Assembly: GCA_963755715.1 (NCBI GenBank)
Contig: CAVWLW010000027.1
Span: 32,001-96,000, forward strand
Source: an uncultured delta proteobacterium
GTDB taxonomy: Bacteria; Desulfobacterota; Binatia; UBA9968
DNA length: 64,000 nt
Direction: 5' to 3'
Shown: in pieces, positions 51,473 through 61,483 of the stretch
Position numbering within the stretch: the first letter of the stretch is position 1
How the letters are laid out: every line of letters begins with the position of its first letter
Notes under the pieces: generated by a model
Databases searched by the model: none
Seen by the model: only the letters and a program-made list of their open reading frames with translations
What the model was told of the DNA's origin: nothing
Translations under genes and position numbers: made by a program

Positions 51473-52903
51473 CTGAAACGCGAACAACCAAGAGTCGGGT
51501 ATGGCATGAACCGGATTTTGATCATAGAAAAAAACAATCACGCGCGCGCTCTCCTACAATGCCGGCTTGCCGCCGAGGTTAAGATTAAATTTGCTTCGTG
51601 CATGGAAGCGGCCTGGGAAAAAATAAACAGCCGTAAATACGACTTGATTGTATGGAATGCCACCGCGGATTCGGCAGGCGAGATTAACCTTCGCCACACC
51701 ATTAGCATACTTTCGACAAAAACTTTGGGCGCTAGGACGATTGTGTTCACAACGGCCGATCATTCGGAAACGTCACCGTTATGCGATGACAACATTTACC
51801 TTAAGAAATATCCGCGCAGCGATGAAGAATATTTGTCATTTATCGAGAACAATCTTCCTCTCGAATCGCATCGCAGACCGAGTCTCGCCAATGTCGAGGA
51901 CCCTGGTTTTCCGGTGGAATTCGAGGGGATGATTACCGTGGGTTTGTCGATGCGACCGGTCATTCGCCGGATTATGGACGCGGCTGCGGTTGATATTCCT
52001 GTCTTGATTACCGGTGAAACCGGTACGGGGAAAGATCTTGTCGCCGCCGCGATCCACCGACAGAGCGGCCGCAAAAGTCGACCGTACGTTCCGGTCAATA
52101 TGGGAGCAATGTCGCCAGAGCTTATCGCGAGCGAGATATTTGGTCACGAGAGAGGGGCTTTTACCGGGGCGCAAGATGCGCGTCCAGGTATCTTTGAGCA
52201 AGCAAATGGTGGCACGGTATTTTTAGACGAAGTCGCCACTATGGACGAAAAAACGCAAGTCAGTTTGTTGAGGGTTTTGGAAGAAAAGACGTTTCGCCGA
52301 GTCGGCGGCATGAGGAATATCGGAGTTGACGTCCGCATCATCGCTGCGACAAACGAAGATCTGGATAAAACCGTAGCGGAAAAACATTTCCGCGAGGACC
52401 TTTTCTACCGTCTCAATGTTTTTCATATCAGCGTGCCTCCGCTGCGAGAGCGTCCTGGAGCCATCACGGTGCTCACCGATCATTTTCTTTCCCATTTTGC
52501 CAGCGTGTACGGCAAAGACGTCGAGCGCGTCTCCCGTGAAACCTACAGGTTGCTCAGGCACTATCCTTGGCCAGGAAATGTTCGCGAGCTCAAAAACCTC
52601 GTTCAAACGGCGGTTCTCATGGTGGATGGCAAGGAACTCACACCGGACTTTATTCCACAACGAATTCGTGATGCGGTTGCGGGCGGTGAGAACCGTGGCG
52701 ACTCTGTCTGCTCTTTCCCCTTGGGGTCTACTCTGGAATCTGTTGAAAAAGAAGTCATTCGTATGACCCTGACTCGGGTCGGTGGCAATAAGAAACTCGC
52801 TGCCAATATTCTTGGGATCAGTCGCCGGGCGCTGTATAACAAGCTCAAAAGGCATCATTTGTTCTGCCTGTGCACACTGTGCGCACAAGCGCTGATCACC
52901 TGA
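51470..52903 (+). CDS. Sigma-54 activator with degenerate receiver domain
   Basis: GETGTGKD, SEIFGHERGAFTGA, WPGNVREL, Fis HTH; receiver has DLIVWN, no phospho-Asp. Confidence 0.88.
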   Translation: MLKREQPRVGYGMNRILIIEKNNHARALLQCRLAAEVKIKFASCMEAAWEKINSRKYDLIVWNATADSAGEINLRHTISILSTKTLGARTIVFTTADHSETSPLCDDNIYLKKYPRSDEEYLSFIENNLPLESHRRPSLANVEDPGFPVEFEGMITVGLSMRPVIRRIMDAAAVDIPVLITGETGTGKDLVAAAIHRQSGRKSRPYVPVNMGAMSPELIASEIFGHERGAFTGAQDARPGIFEQANGGTVFLDEVATMDEKTQVSLLRVLEEKTFRRVGGMRNIGVDVRIIAATNEDLDKTVAEKHFREDLFYRLNVFHISVPPLRERPGAITVLTDHFLSHFASVYGKDVERVSRETYRLLRHYPWPGNVRELKNLVQTAVLMVDGKELTPDFIPQRIRDAVAGGENRGDSVCSFPLGSTLESVEKEVIRMTLTRVGGNKKLAANILGISRRALYNKLKRHHLFCLCTLCAQALIT

Positions 52904-53143
52904 TCTGTGCCTCATGCTGCTTGGCGCAATTGCCATGGTTTCAATAATTATCCGGTCTGTTCTTCCGCATTTCTAAGCTACAACGGAGATCGCACTTGTG
53001 TATAACAACTCAAAGACACATTTGTTCTATATGTGCATAATGTGCGCACAAGCGCTCACCCGTAAGACGTTAACGCTGTGAAAGTGCAGTGCTTCTATTT
53101 CTCTTAAATTTATTCCGTGCGCGGTGTGTAAACAATTTTCACA
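52869..53143. promoter_or_regulatory. Three TGTG-N11-CACA palindromes (candidate enhancer sites)
   Basis: 52869 TGTGCACACTGTGCGCACA; 53032 TGTGCATAATGTGCGCACA; 53125 TGTGTAAACAATTTTCACA. Confidence 0.55.
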
Positions 53144-53257
53144 CGAAGTGCTTAATATAGTCCCCTCAGTGTGAACCTCCTGTACCAATTTCGGTAAACT
53201 ACCGCGGTCGAGCCGTTCATCCCGTGTAAGCTCCCGCATCTCCACGTTTTGTTTCTT

Positions 53258-53273
53258 TGGTTCCGATCTTGCT
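53258..53273 (+). promoter_or_regulatory. Sigma-54 -24/-12 promoter
   Basis: TGGTTCCGATCTTGCT, followed by GGGAGG RBS and ATG at 53298. Confidence 0.6.
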
Positions 53274-53297
53274 GCCGTGAAGCAACGGGAGGAAACG

Positions 53298-53719
53298 ATG
53301 AACAAGACCGCGGCAGCGACCGATCGATCAGTGGCTTCGCTTTTTGAACCGGACGTCCTAACGACGCATCGGTATTTCCAAGTGTTTCGGCAAAAATGGC
53401 CAAGTACGAGCCGGAAGAAAATCTCATGTTTGCGGTTTTGACGGATGCCATCGAATGTTTCCAAAAATATTTCGGCGACCAGAGTCGCCGGTGCCGTGTG
53501 CTGTTCGGCGAAGCCGAAGCATGGATCGCAAACCAAGACTCGAAGTCGCTATTTTCCTTCGAACATATTTGCCAGGTGCTGAATATCAGCCCGAGCTATC
53601 TTCGGCTGGGTTTGATGCGATGGCGCTTGGCGCATGAAAGCAACAAGGGCCCGCGTAAACGGATACGCGAGGCGCTGCGTTATCAATATCGAGCGAGAAA
53701 TAGGCGCATGAGCTTTTAG
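53298..53719 (+). CDS. Conserved hypothetical helical protein (frameshift ~53395)
   Basis: MNKTAAATDRSVASLFEPDVLTTHRYFQVF joined to PEENLMFAVLTDAIECFQKY..FSFEHICQVL..YLRLGL. Confidence 0.6.
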
Positions 53720-53804
53720 CTTTTCAGAGTTCGTTTAGAAGCATTGCGCTGGGAAGCGGAAAAATTGTCGCTGCCGCAGTGGCAAGCCGATGTGAAGCCT
53801 AGCA

Positions 53805-54224
53805 ATGTTACGGCAAGCCGATGCCAATTCCACAGTCGGTAAGATCATGCTGGTCGGAACCGACGTCAATCAGATTTTGGAAAGACGCTTCATGGCCGCC
53901 GGATGTCAGGTCGTTAAAGTGAACGATGACCAAGCGGCCATCGATCATGCGCGCCGCGAATCTTTGGATGCGACCGTCCTGATATCGAAGGGTTCGTTGA
54001 TCGACATCGCGGAAACCTTTTTCAACTTACGAGATTTGAACCGATCCATGGAAATTATTGTCCTGGTCAATCGGCGCGGGCGCCATCCAAGCCGATTTCT
54101 CCGCCAACTTCTCGAACATCCCATTGAGGGTACTCGGATTTTCACCCGCCGCCAATTGCAAAAACGGCTGCAAGCATATTTGCAGCAATCGCCACCCGGC
54201 ACGTCGCTCTTAACAGGCTGGTGA
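53805..54224 (+). CDS. Atypical receiver-like domain protein
   Basis: KIMLVG..AGCQV..AIDHA..DATVL..LRDLN..IIVL topology without acidic pocket. Confidence 0.5.
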   Translation: MLRQADANSTVGKIMLVGTDVNQILERRFMAAGCQVVKVNDDQAAIDHARRESLDATVLISKGSLIDIAETFFNLRDLNRSMEIIVLVNRRGRHPSRFLRQLLEHPIEGTRIFTRRQLQKRLQAYLQQSPPGTSLLTGW

Positions 54225-54712
54225 TGGACCGGGAAAGCGAGGCCATGAAGATGAGGAAGCCCAGACTCAAATTCGCTCGCTGCCGCCAACCGCTCACACG
54301 TCTCACCGCCGTTTTTATCGTCCTAATCTCATTCGGATCTAGTGACGCACGGACGCCTCGATATCCGGAGCTAAGCGTGATCCGAGGTACGACGCCTGCG
54401 GGCTATCCCTACATGAATGGCGGCGTCAGCTTCGATGAGCGGCAGGCGATGGAGCGGGCGGCCAAAATTTACAATCTCAAATTAGTTTTTACCCGACCTG
54501 CCGGCACACCGGTGGCGCCGGCCTTTGTCATGATCGGCGCCAACAACGGTCGTGGAATCGACAAAATCGTCCCGCGCGGTCCGTGGTTTTACATCCAACT
54601 GCCGCCCGGCGGGTACACGATATTGGCCCGTTTCGATCGGCAAGTTGTGCTGATGAGGAACGTCAAGCTGAGCGAAGGGGGACGCGCCACGTTTCGCCTG
54701 CGCGGCGATTGA
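54221..54712 (+). CDS. Exported protein with carboxypeptidase-regulatory-like beta-sandwich
   Basis: Signal peptide, YMNGGVSFDER..YNLKLVF..GPWFYIQLPPGGY. Confidence 0.65.
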   Translation: MMDRESEAMKMRKPRLKFARCRQPLTRLTAVFIVLISFGSSDARTPRYPELSVIRGTTPAGYPYMNGGVSFDERQAMERAAKIYNLKLVFTRPAGTPVAPAFVMIGANNGRGIDKIVPRGPWFYIQLPPGGYTILARFDRQVVLMRNVKLSEGGRATFRLRGD

Positions 54713-54807
54713 ATCGAATTGGATGAGAAAGTTTTCCCAGTGGACTCGCAATTCGTCGAATTGAAACCGCTGCGGTTAAACAAACGAAGTAAACGAAGGG
54801 AGACTTT

Positions 54808-55818
54808 ATGAAAAGACTCATGCCACTGATCGGTTTGCTCGTCCTTTGCTCGTCGGTCGCCACCGGCGTAAATTCCGCAGCGGCGGAAGAGATTCGTCTC
54901 TCCTATATCTCCGATTCGCCCGGCTCATCCGCCCCTTATTGGATCGCTAAGGAAGCCGGTTTCTACAAAAAGTACGGATTGGATGTGGAGCTGATCTTCA
55001 TCAATGGCAGCACGCGCGGCATTCAAAGTTTAATCGCGGGCGATCTCGATTTTACTGGCGCCGTCGGTACGTCGGCAATCAACGGTAGGCTGGCGGGCGG
55101 CGATATATTCATTATCGACAGCCTGGTCAACACGCTTCCGTATTACATTCTCGGTAATCCGAAGATCAAATCTCCCGAAGACCTCAAGGGCCGAACTCTG
55201 GCGACCCACATTCCCGGCACCTCCGCCGATTTTGCGGTGCGGCTTGCGCTGCGCAAATACGGCATCGACTACAAAGATATCCGAGCCGTCATGGTCGGCG
55301 GTGCTACGGCGCGGGTTGCCTCGCTGATCAACGGCCAGACCGATTTCACGATGGTGACCGAGCCGGGAAAACTTCAAGGCGAAAAGGCCGGCATGAAAGT
55401 GATCATCGACATGGCCAAGCTCAAAATTCCGTTTCAATTCAGCTGCAGCGTCACGTCGGGAAAGACGATCCGCGAGCGTCCCAAAATGGTCGAGACGATG
55501 GTCAAGGCACTGGCGAATGCGGTGCACTTCTTCAAGACCAACAAGCAAGAATCGATTCGGATCATGGCGAAATACACCCGGGGAGCGGCGCCCGAGGTTC
55601 TTGAGGGTTCCTGGGCAGCGTACGCGGAGCTTCTCGAAGAGGATTTGCATCCCACTCTCGAGGGGTTGAGCGACACGCTCGCCGTACAGGCGGCCTGGGA
55701 TCCCAAAGCCGCCAAAGCCAAGGCGCAGGACATGGTCGATCTTCGCTTTGTCAACAACTTAAAGAGGAGCGGCTTTATCGACCAACTCTACGGGCGCACG
55801 ACGATGAGTCACAAGTAA
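54808..55818 (+). CDS. SsuA/THI5-like substrate-binding protein
   Basis: Signal peptide, WIAKEAG, DLKGR, LKRSGFIDQLY. Confidence 0.85.
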   Translation: MKRLMPLIGLLVLCSSVATGVNSAAAEEIRLSYISDSPGSSAPYWIAKEAGFYKKYGLDVELIFINGSTRGIQSLIAGDLDFTGAVGTSAINGRLAGGDIFIIDSLVNTLPYYILGNPKIKSPEDLKGRTLATHIPGTSADFAVRLALRKYGIDYKDIRAVMVGGATARVASLINGQTDFTMVTEPGKLQGEKAGMKVIIDMAKLKIPFQFSCSVTSGKTIRERPKMVETMVKALANAVHFFKTNKQESIRIMAKYTRGAAPEVLEGSWAAYAELLEEDLHPTLEGLSDTLAVQAAWDPKAAKAKAQDMVDLRFVNNLKRSGFIDQLYGRTTMSHK

Positions 55819-55856
55819 ATCGGCGCGATCGAACGCGCCAAGAATCGGAGGCCCAA

Positions 55857-56881
55857 ATGAATCGATCGTTCGGATCAAAATCGTTTCTTATCGCCGGCGC
55901 GTTTTTATTTTCTTCGCTGTCGGTTTCCGCCGCGCGAGCGGGATCCGATGCAAAAATAATCGAGGCGGCAAAGAAAGAAGGGACCGTATCTTATTACACC
56001 ACGATGACCTTATCGCAGAGCAAAAAGGTCGTCGACAAATTTCAAGAGAAATATCCGTTCATCAAGCCGGAGCTATTTCGCGGCGGCGGCGACGAGGTGC
56101 TGAACCGGATTCTGAATGAGGCTCGGGGCGGCCTTAATGCCTGGGATGTCGTATCGACGCGGGGCGATTCGGTGCTGACTTTAAGGGAGGCCAAGCTGAT
56201 CACGTCCTACCGTTCGCCCGAGAGCAAGTTCATCGATCGCGACATGGTCGATGACGAAGGATATTGGACCGCCTACTACGTCAATCCTTATGTGCTCGGC
56301 TACAACACCAAGTTGGTCAAGAAAGAAGAGGTTCCCAAAACCTACGAAGAACTGCTGGATCCCAAGTGGAAAGGAAAAAAGATCTCCATCGACGACTCGG
56401 CCTACGGGTTGCTTGCAGGACTCATTCACGCTTGGGGAAAAGAAAAGGCGGTCGGGTATTTCAAGAAACTGGCCGCGCAGGAGCCCGTGGTCAGAGGGGA
56501 AACACCAACCGCGTCCAACTCGCGATGGCCGGAGAATATCCGCTGATCATCGCCTACGCGCCGACGATCCAAAGAGAGACTTCAAAGGGACATCCCATGG
56601 ATTGGGTTCCTCTGGAACCTGTGCCGGTGCAAGTCAATCCCATGATGCTCGCGGCTAAAGCGCCCCATCCGAACGCCGGCAAGCTTTTCATAGATTTTCT
56701 GCTGTCTAAAGCGGGACAGAAGATGCTCGTTGGTTTCAGACGCATTCCGGTTCGAGAAGACATAGAACCCGATCCGCCTCGGCTGTTCAGGGGTTACAAG
56801 CGCATCGTTGAGCACCCGGAAGATTATAAAAACTTCAACGAGACGATTAAGCTTTATCAAGAAATTTTCGGCATTCGCTGA
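55857..56881 (+). CDS. Extracellular solute-binding protein (Fe3+/thiamine-type), frameshift ~56495
   Basis: IEAAKKEG, YNTKLV..PKTYEELLDPKWKGK, APHPNAGKLFIDFLLS. Confidence 0.85.
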
Positions 56882-56972
56882 GGCCACTGAGTGCACTTGC
56901 CTTCATGATCATCATTTATCGTGCAAATCACATCTGGAAGGCACGTTAATATTGCGCGCAGGTTCCATCGCC

Positions 56973-57893
56973 CTACGGATCCAATTGGAATCGCCTCCCA
57001 GGAGGATTCCCCGCCTCGTACTTCAATAGTTTCATGCGCGGGACAGAAACCTCGCTGCAAACCTTTCGGATGTTTATCAGCTCGGTGGGCGCGTTCCAGT
57101 CGCTCTTCGACTCGCAGACGACTTTCGCGCAGGTGGTCTTCTTCAGCCAGGAGCACACTTTCTCGTCGCGGCCGGCTGCATCCACCAGCTCGGTCAGATA
57201 CCAGGTAGTGGGTTTGTCCTTGCCATCCTCTAAATGCACGCTTTGCACTATCGTGTAGAAGACGCCGCCGACCTCCAGCAAGCTCAGCACTCTGTCAACG
57301 AACTGCGACAAGTCCTCGGTATAGGAGAAACCGCCGAACACGTCGGTAATGATCTGGAATTTTCCCAGCTCCTCGGGCGAATAGTCCCGCAGACGCTTGC
57401 CGGTGAGATAGCGTAGACGGTCATCGCCGAGGCTCGCGGCCTGCTGTTGCCACGTGTCCGTCCGGCGGTCCTCTATCGACATCGCGACCGCGCGCACCTT
57501 GCCGCCGGCCCCGGCGCACCTTTTACCCGGCGCCGCCTCGTTTTCGGGTGCGTTGTAGTCCAGTATGGCCTGCCCGGCGCCCGCGCCGATATCGAGCCAT
57601 CGGTCCGAGCTTCCCAGCGTGCCGAGCGCGTCACAGAAGCCGGAGGGAAGAAGTTCCAGGTAGTCCGAGAGCCCTCGATTGGTGACGTAGCCGCCGGGAA
57701 CATCGGCGCCCCGGCTGCGGTAGATTTTTTCCTGCTTGGCGATTTCCTCGTCAATCTGCGGTGGAGTGGGTTCCTGCGGCCAGACAACTCCCAGCCCAAG
57801 CGCCTGCAGAACGATGACGATCAGAACGGCCAAGCGCGCTGCCGCGGTCTTCCATCCTTGCACCGACGATTTGACTGAACCCATGACAATCAC
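56973..57893 (-). CDS. Signal-peptide-bearing class I SAM-methyltransferase-fold protein, copy 1 (intact)
   Basis: Hydrophobic N-terminus, WLDIGAGAGQA motif I, FQIITDVFG, LLEVGGVFY. Confidence 0.75.
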   Translation of the reverse strand: MIVMGSVKSSVQGWKTAAARLAVLIVIVLQALGLGVVWPQEPTPPQIDEEIAKQEKIYRSRGADVPGGYVTNRGLSDYLELLPSGFCDALGTLGSSDRWLDIGAGAGQAILDYNAPENEAAPGKRCAGAGGKVRAVAMSIEDRRTDTWQQQAASLGDDRLRYLTGKRLRDYSPEELGKFQIITDVFGGFSYTEDLSQFVDRVLSLLEVGGVFYTIVQSVHLEDGKDKPTTWYLTELVDAAGRDEKVCSWLKKTTCAKVVCESKSDWNAPTELINIRKVCSEVSVPRMKLLKYEAGNPPGRRFQLDP

Positions 57894-58861
57894 TTCCTCC
57901 TCGCGTTGAAGAAAATGCCTTTCTTAAGACCGTTTTCAAAGCTGTTCCAGCCATAGTCTATGCTGCCGGTGGCCGCAAGGCTGAAGGCGGAGGCGGTCAG
58001 CGCGCTGACGAAAGTGATCTGCGCTTCTTCGGTGTCATCCGGGTCGTCTTCGAATGGGCGCAGCGTGTGCTGGTTCGGATACTGGGCATCTTCGTGGAGC
58101 GTGTCCCGTATCGAGATCTCTCCGACCGCGGCCGGAATGAACCGGTAAAATTGCCCGCGGTTGCGGGTGGGCCGGATGTCCTCGTCCGCACCGATCACCA
58201 TCACCGGAGCGGTGATCCGCTGCAGCAACTGCCGCAATTCCCGGCCGATCCCGGCGGGATCGAGCAGGACGCCGCCCAGCGCGGGGGCGCCTTCGCCCAA
58301 CGCGGCGGCGACGGCAGTCGCGCCGAATGAGTGGCCCACGAGAATGATCTTGTCCGCGTCTATGCGGCCGTCGACGAGCTGCGGTGTCCGATAAATGGCG
58401 TCGACGAGCTTGGCAAGGGTTCTGCCGTTGGCGATCCAGGGGCCGCGCTTGGGCAAGTCGATGGCCATGCCATGCATGCCCCAGGAGGCCACGTGCATCG
58501 CTTGGAAGGCATGGTCCTCCTTGGAATTGTCTTGACCGTGCAACACGATGACCAGCGGAGCCTTGCGAGCCGCCGCGCACAGGTATAAGTCCGCTTCCAC
58601 CGTGAGACCGGAAACCAGGGGGATTTCCAGGTCTCTGCGCTCGATGACGGCAAAGGGCCCACGCAGCCTGAATTGCGCTACATCGGGCTTGCGGGACAGT
58701 AGATAGCGCTGGAGCTCGGCAGGGTTTGCGGCCTTTATCGGCGTGACTTCAGTCGGCGGAAACCGGCGCGCACAGCCGACCAAATGCACCATGAGGGTGA
58801 TCAGCAAAAGGGCTGGAATGTGAAAACCTGATCGGCCGATCGCGGCTGCGGTTCCTGGCAC
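57890..58861 (-). CDS. Alpha/beta-hydrolase lipoprotein
   Basis: LVGC lipobox, VLHG, GHSFG nucleophile, LLDP, GADED, LHED. Confidence 0.8.
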   Translation of the reverse strand: MPGTAAAIGRSGFHIPALLLITLMVHLVGCARRFPPTEVTPIKAANPAELQRYLLSRKPDVAQFRLRGPFAVIERRDLEIPLVSGLTVEADLYLCAAARKAPLVIVLHGQDNSKEDHAFQAMHVASWGMHGMAIDLPKRGPWIANGRTLAKLVDAIYRTPQLVDGRIDADKIILVGHSFGATAVAAALGEGAPALGGVLLDPAGIGRELRQLLQRITAPVMVIGADEDIRPTRNRGQFYRFIPAAVGEISIRDTLHEDAQYPNQHTLRPFEDDPDDTEEAQITFVSALTASAFSLAATGSIDYGWNSFENGLKKGIFFNARRK

Positions 58862-58978
58862 GTTACTCCCGAGGGACGATTCACTGGGGGAAACAAAGGT
58901 TAGACCTTTACTTCCAGACTTTCGAGCTTTTTGTTTTGTTCATCGCGCACTGGCGCTATGAATTCAACTTCACAACCC

Positions 58979-59006
58979 CTACGGCTCCAATTGGCATCGC
59001 CTGTCG
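58979..59006 (-). pseudogene. 3' remnant of a methyltransferase-fold gene
   Basis: Encodes DRRCQLEP*, near-identical to the ends of the three copies (DRRFQLEQ*, GRRFQLEP*, GRRFQLDP*). Confidence 0.55.
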
Positions 59007-59072
59007 TGTACCCAACTTTATACCGGTAAGGAGGCTGTCAATAAGTTGCCAGCCCCCTTGAGTGCATGTGCT

Positions 59073-59897
59073 TCAGTCGCAGTTCTTAAGCTTAGACTCC
59101 TGACAACGCCGTGCCATCTCCTGCGCGGTTGCAATCTGCTCGGCTGTCATTTTTGAAGCAATTCTATCTCGATTCTTTGTCGCCGTATCTCCAGAATCGC
59201 CGCTCAATGCTGCGGCAGCGAGCGTAAACCACATATGCGCACGCACAAAGTCCTGCCGCACGCCTGTGCCATTGGTATACATCACACCCAGATTAATTTG
59301 CGCAAATTGGTTTCCCTGCGCTGCCGCGAGGCGATACCAATTCACGGCTTCCTGATAATCCTGCGGCACGCCTTGTCCTTTCTCATACGCCAGACCCAGA
59401 CTGGACTGTGCCGGTGCGTATCCCTGTGCCGCCGCGAGGCGATACCAGTTTACAGCCTCCTGATAATCCTGCGGCACGCCTCTCCCCTCTGCGTATATCG
59501 AACCCAGCCTCGTCTGCGCCCATTCGTCTTCCCGAGACGCCGCGATGCGATACCAATTCACGGCTTCCTGATAATCCTGCGGCACGCCTTGGCCTTTCTC
59601 ATACGCCAGACCCAGACTATATTGCGCCGGGACATTTCCCTGCGCTGCCGCGAGGCGATACCACTTCACAGCCTCCTGATAATCCTGTGTCGCGCCTTTC
59701 CCCTCTGCGTACATCGAACCCACTCGCCTCTGCGCCCATTGGTTTCCCTTCTCGGCAAGTTGGCGAAAGAGTTTCATCGCCTGAACATAGTCGCCGCGCT
59801 CGTACGCAGCGCTTGCGTCATCAAAAGGGTTCGATGCGGCAAAACTACTGGTACCGAGTAAATAAAGAATGGCGAGCAAAAGCAGGTTGGTTTTCAT
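59073..59897 (-). CDS. Exported Sel1-repeat protein
   Basis: Signal peptide; 36-aa repeats AQ..LG..Y..G.GVPQDYQEAVNWYRLAAAQG. Confidence 0.92.
   Translation of the reverse strand: MKTNLLLLAILYLLGTSSFAASNPFDDASAAYERGDYVQAMKLFRQLAEKGNQWAQRRVGSMYAEGKGATQDYQEAVKWYRLAAAQGNVPAQYSLGLAYEKGQGVPQDYQEAVNWYRIAASREDEWAQTRLGSIYAEGRGVPQDYQEAVNWYRLAAAQGYAPAQSSLGLAYEKGQGVPQDYQEAVNWYRLAAAQGNQFAQINLGVMYTNGTGVRQDFVRAHMWFTLAAAALSGDSGDTATKNRDRIASKMTAEQIATAQEMARRCQESKLKNCD
59300..59730. repeat. 108-bp tandem Sel1 coding repeats
   Basis: CCTGATAATCCTG core recurs four times at 108-bp spacing. Confidence 0.85.
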
Positions 59898-60233
59898 GGC
59901 GATTCCCGTGCCGTTACCGACTGTGGGTTGCCTGACTGTTGCACGAGTCCGCTGTTGACGGTCGAATTGAGAGGTCTTGAATAGTGAAATTTTTAATTTT
60001 CGAGCTTGCTCTTTATGCGTCGCGGCAACATCGTGAGTCGCCAAGACTCCATAGTTGCTTTTGCCGGCTTGGCAAACCCGTCATTTACTTCTTTCCCATA
60101 GGAAAGCAACTTCTTAAACTCGACGCTTCTGCATCGGCTTGAAATGCGCCGCGCCGTTGGGGAAGCCTGAAAACCATCCAACTGGACGCTCATTGATCTT
60201 CCGGTTCGCGAACTGTAACCAAGATTTACCACC

Positions 60234-61274
60234 CTACTGTTCCAATTGGAATCGCCTGTCGGGAGGATATCCCGCCTCGAACTCCACTAATTTCATGCGC
60301 GGGACCGAGGTGTCGCTGCAAACCTTCCGAATGTTTATCAGCTCGGTGGGCCTTTTCCAGTCGCTCTTCGACTCGCAGGTGACTTGCACGCAGGAGGTCT
60401 TCTTCAGCCAGGAGCACACTAGTTTCAGGCGCGGGCCGCACGCGGCTTGCAAACCTTCCGAATATTTAACAGCTCGGTGGGTCTTTTCCAGTTGCTCTTC
60501 GACTCGCAGGAACTTGCGCGCAGGCGGTAGCTGCTTCAGCCAGGAGCACACTCTTAGAGGCGGCCGGCGGCATCCTCCAGCTCGGTCAGATAAAAGACGC
60601 CGAGTTTATTTCGAACCACCCTCTAAGTGCACGCCTGGCACCAGCGTGTAGAAGCTACCGCCGACCTCCAGCAAGCTCAGCACCTGCCCACAAACCCGGA
60701 CAAGTCCTCGGTATAGGTGAATCCGCCGAACACGTCGGTAATAATCTGGAATGTTCCCAGCTCCTCGCGCGAATATTGCCGCAGACGCTTGCCGGAGAGA
60801 TACCGTATCCGGTCGCCGAGGCTCGCGGCCTGCTGCTGCCACTTGTCCGTCCGGCGGTCCTCTATGGAGATCGCGACCGCGCGCGCCTTAGGCCGGATCC
60901 GCCGCACTTTTCACCCGAGCCCCGTCGCCTTCGGGTGCATAGTAGTCCAGTATGGCCTGCCCCTCGCCCGCGCCGATATCCAGCCATCGGTCCGAGCTGC
61001 CAAGCCTGCCGAGAGCGTCGCAGAACCCGGCGGGAAGAAGCTCCGCGTAGTCCGAGAGCCCTCGGTTGGTGACGTAGCCGCGGGGAACATCGGCGCCCCG
61101 GCTGCGGAAGATTTTTTCCTGTTTCGTGAATTCCTCGTCGAGTCGCAGTTGAGCGGGCTCCTGTGGCCAGACAGGTCCGAGCCAAGCGCCTAGCAGGATG
61201 ATGATCAAAACGGCCAGGCGGGTTCCAACGGCCTTCCGTCCTTGTACCGACGAAATAACTGAAGGGATGACCAT
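60234..61274 (-). pseudogene. Methyltransferase-fold copy 2, frameshifted, with internal ~105-bp duplication
   Basis: ORF pieces 60888-61331, 60677-60907, 60606-60842 and 60234-60551 all match copy 1. Confidence 0.75.
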
Positions 61275-61395
61275 TACTTTCTCCTCGCGTTGAAAAAATG
61301 CCGTTCTTGAAAGCGATTCGAGGCTGTTCAAAGCATAGTATAGGCTTCCCCGGCGTCTTCCGGGTTGTCTTCAAACGCGCGCAGCATGCGCTCGT
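61274..61395 (-). pseudogene. Decayed 3' remnant of the alpha/beta-hydrolase gene
   Basis: LRAFEDNPED..AFKNGIF..NAR; TAATG overlap with the copy-2 start. Confidence 0.6.
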
Positions 61396-61483
61396 CCTTT
61401 AGTCAAACCAACAAATACGCAAACGTGGCGGCTGCGTCCACCCACAAATCGTCTGGACGAAGCTATGCGCCAGGTTTCATCGC

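Noticed and set aside
59300-59730. CRISPR-like regular repeats
   Set aside because: 108-bp in-frame Sel1 coding repeats with no unique spacers and no cas genes
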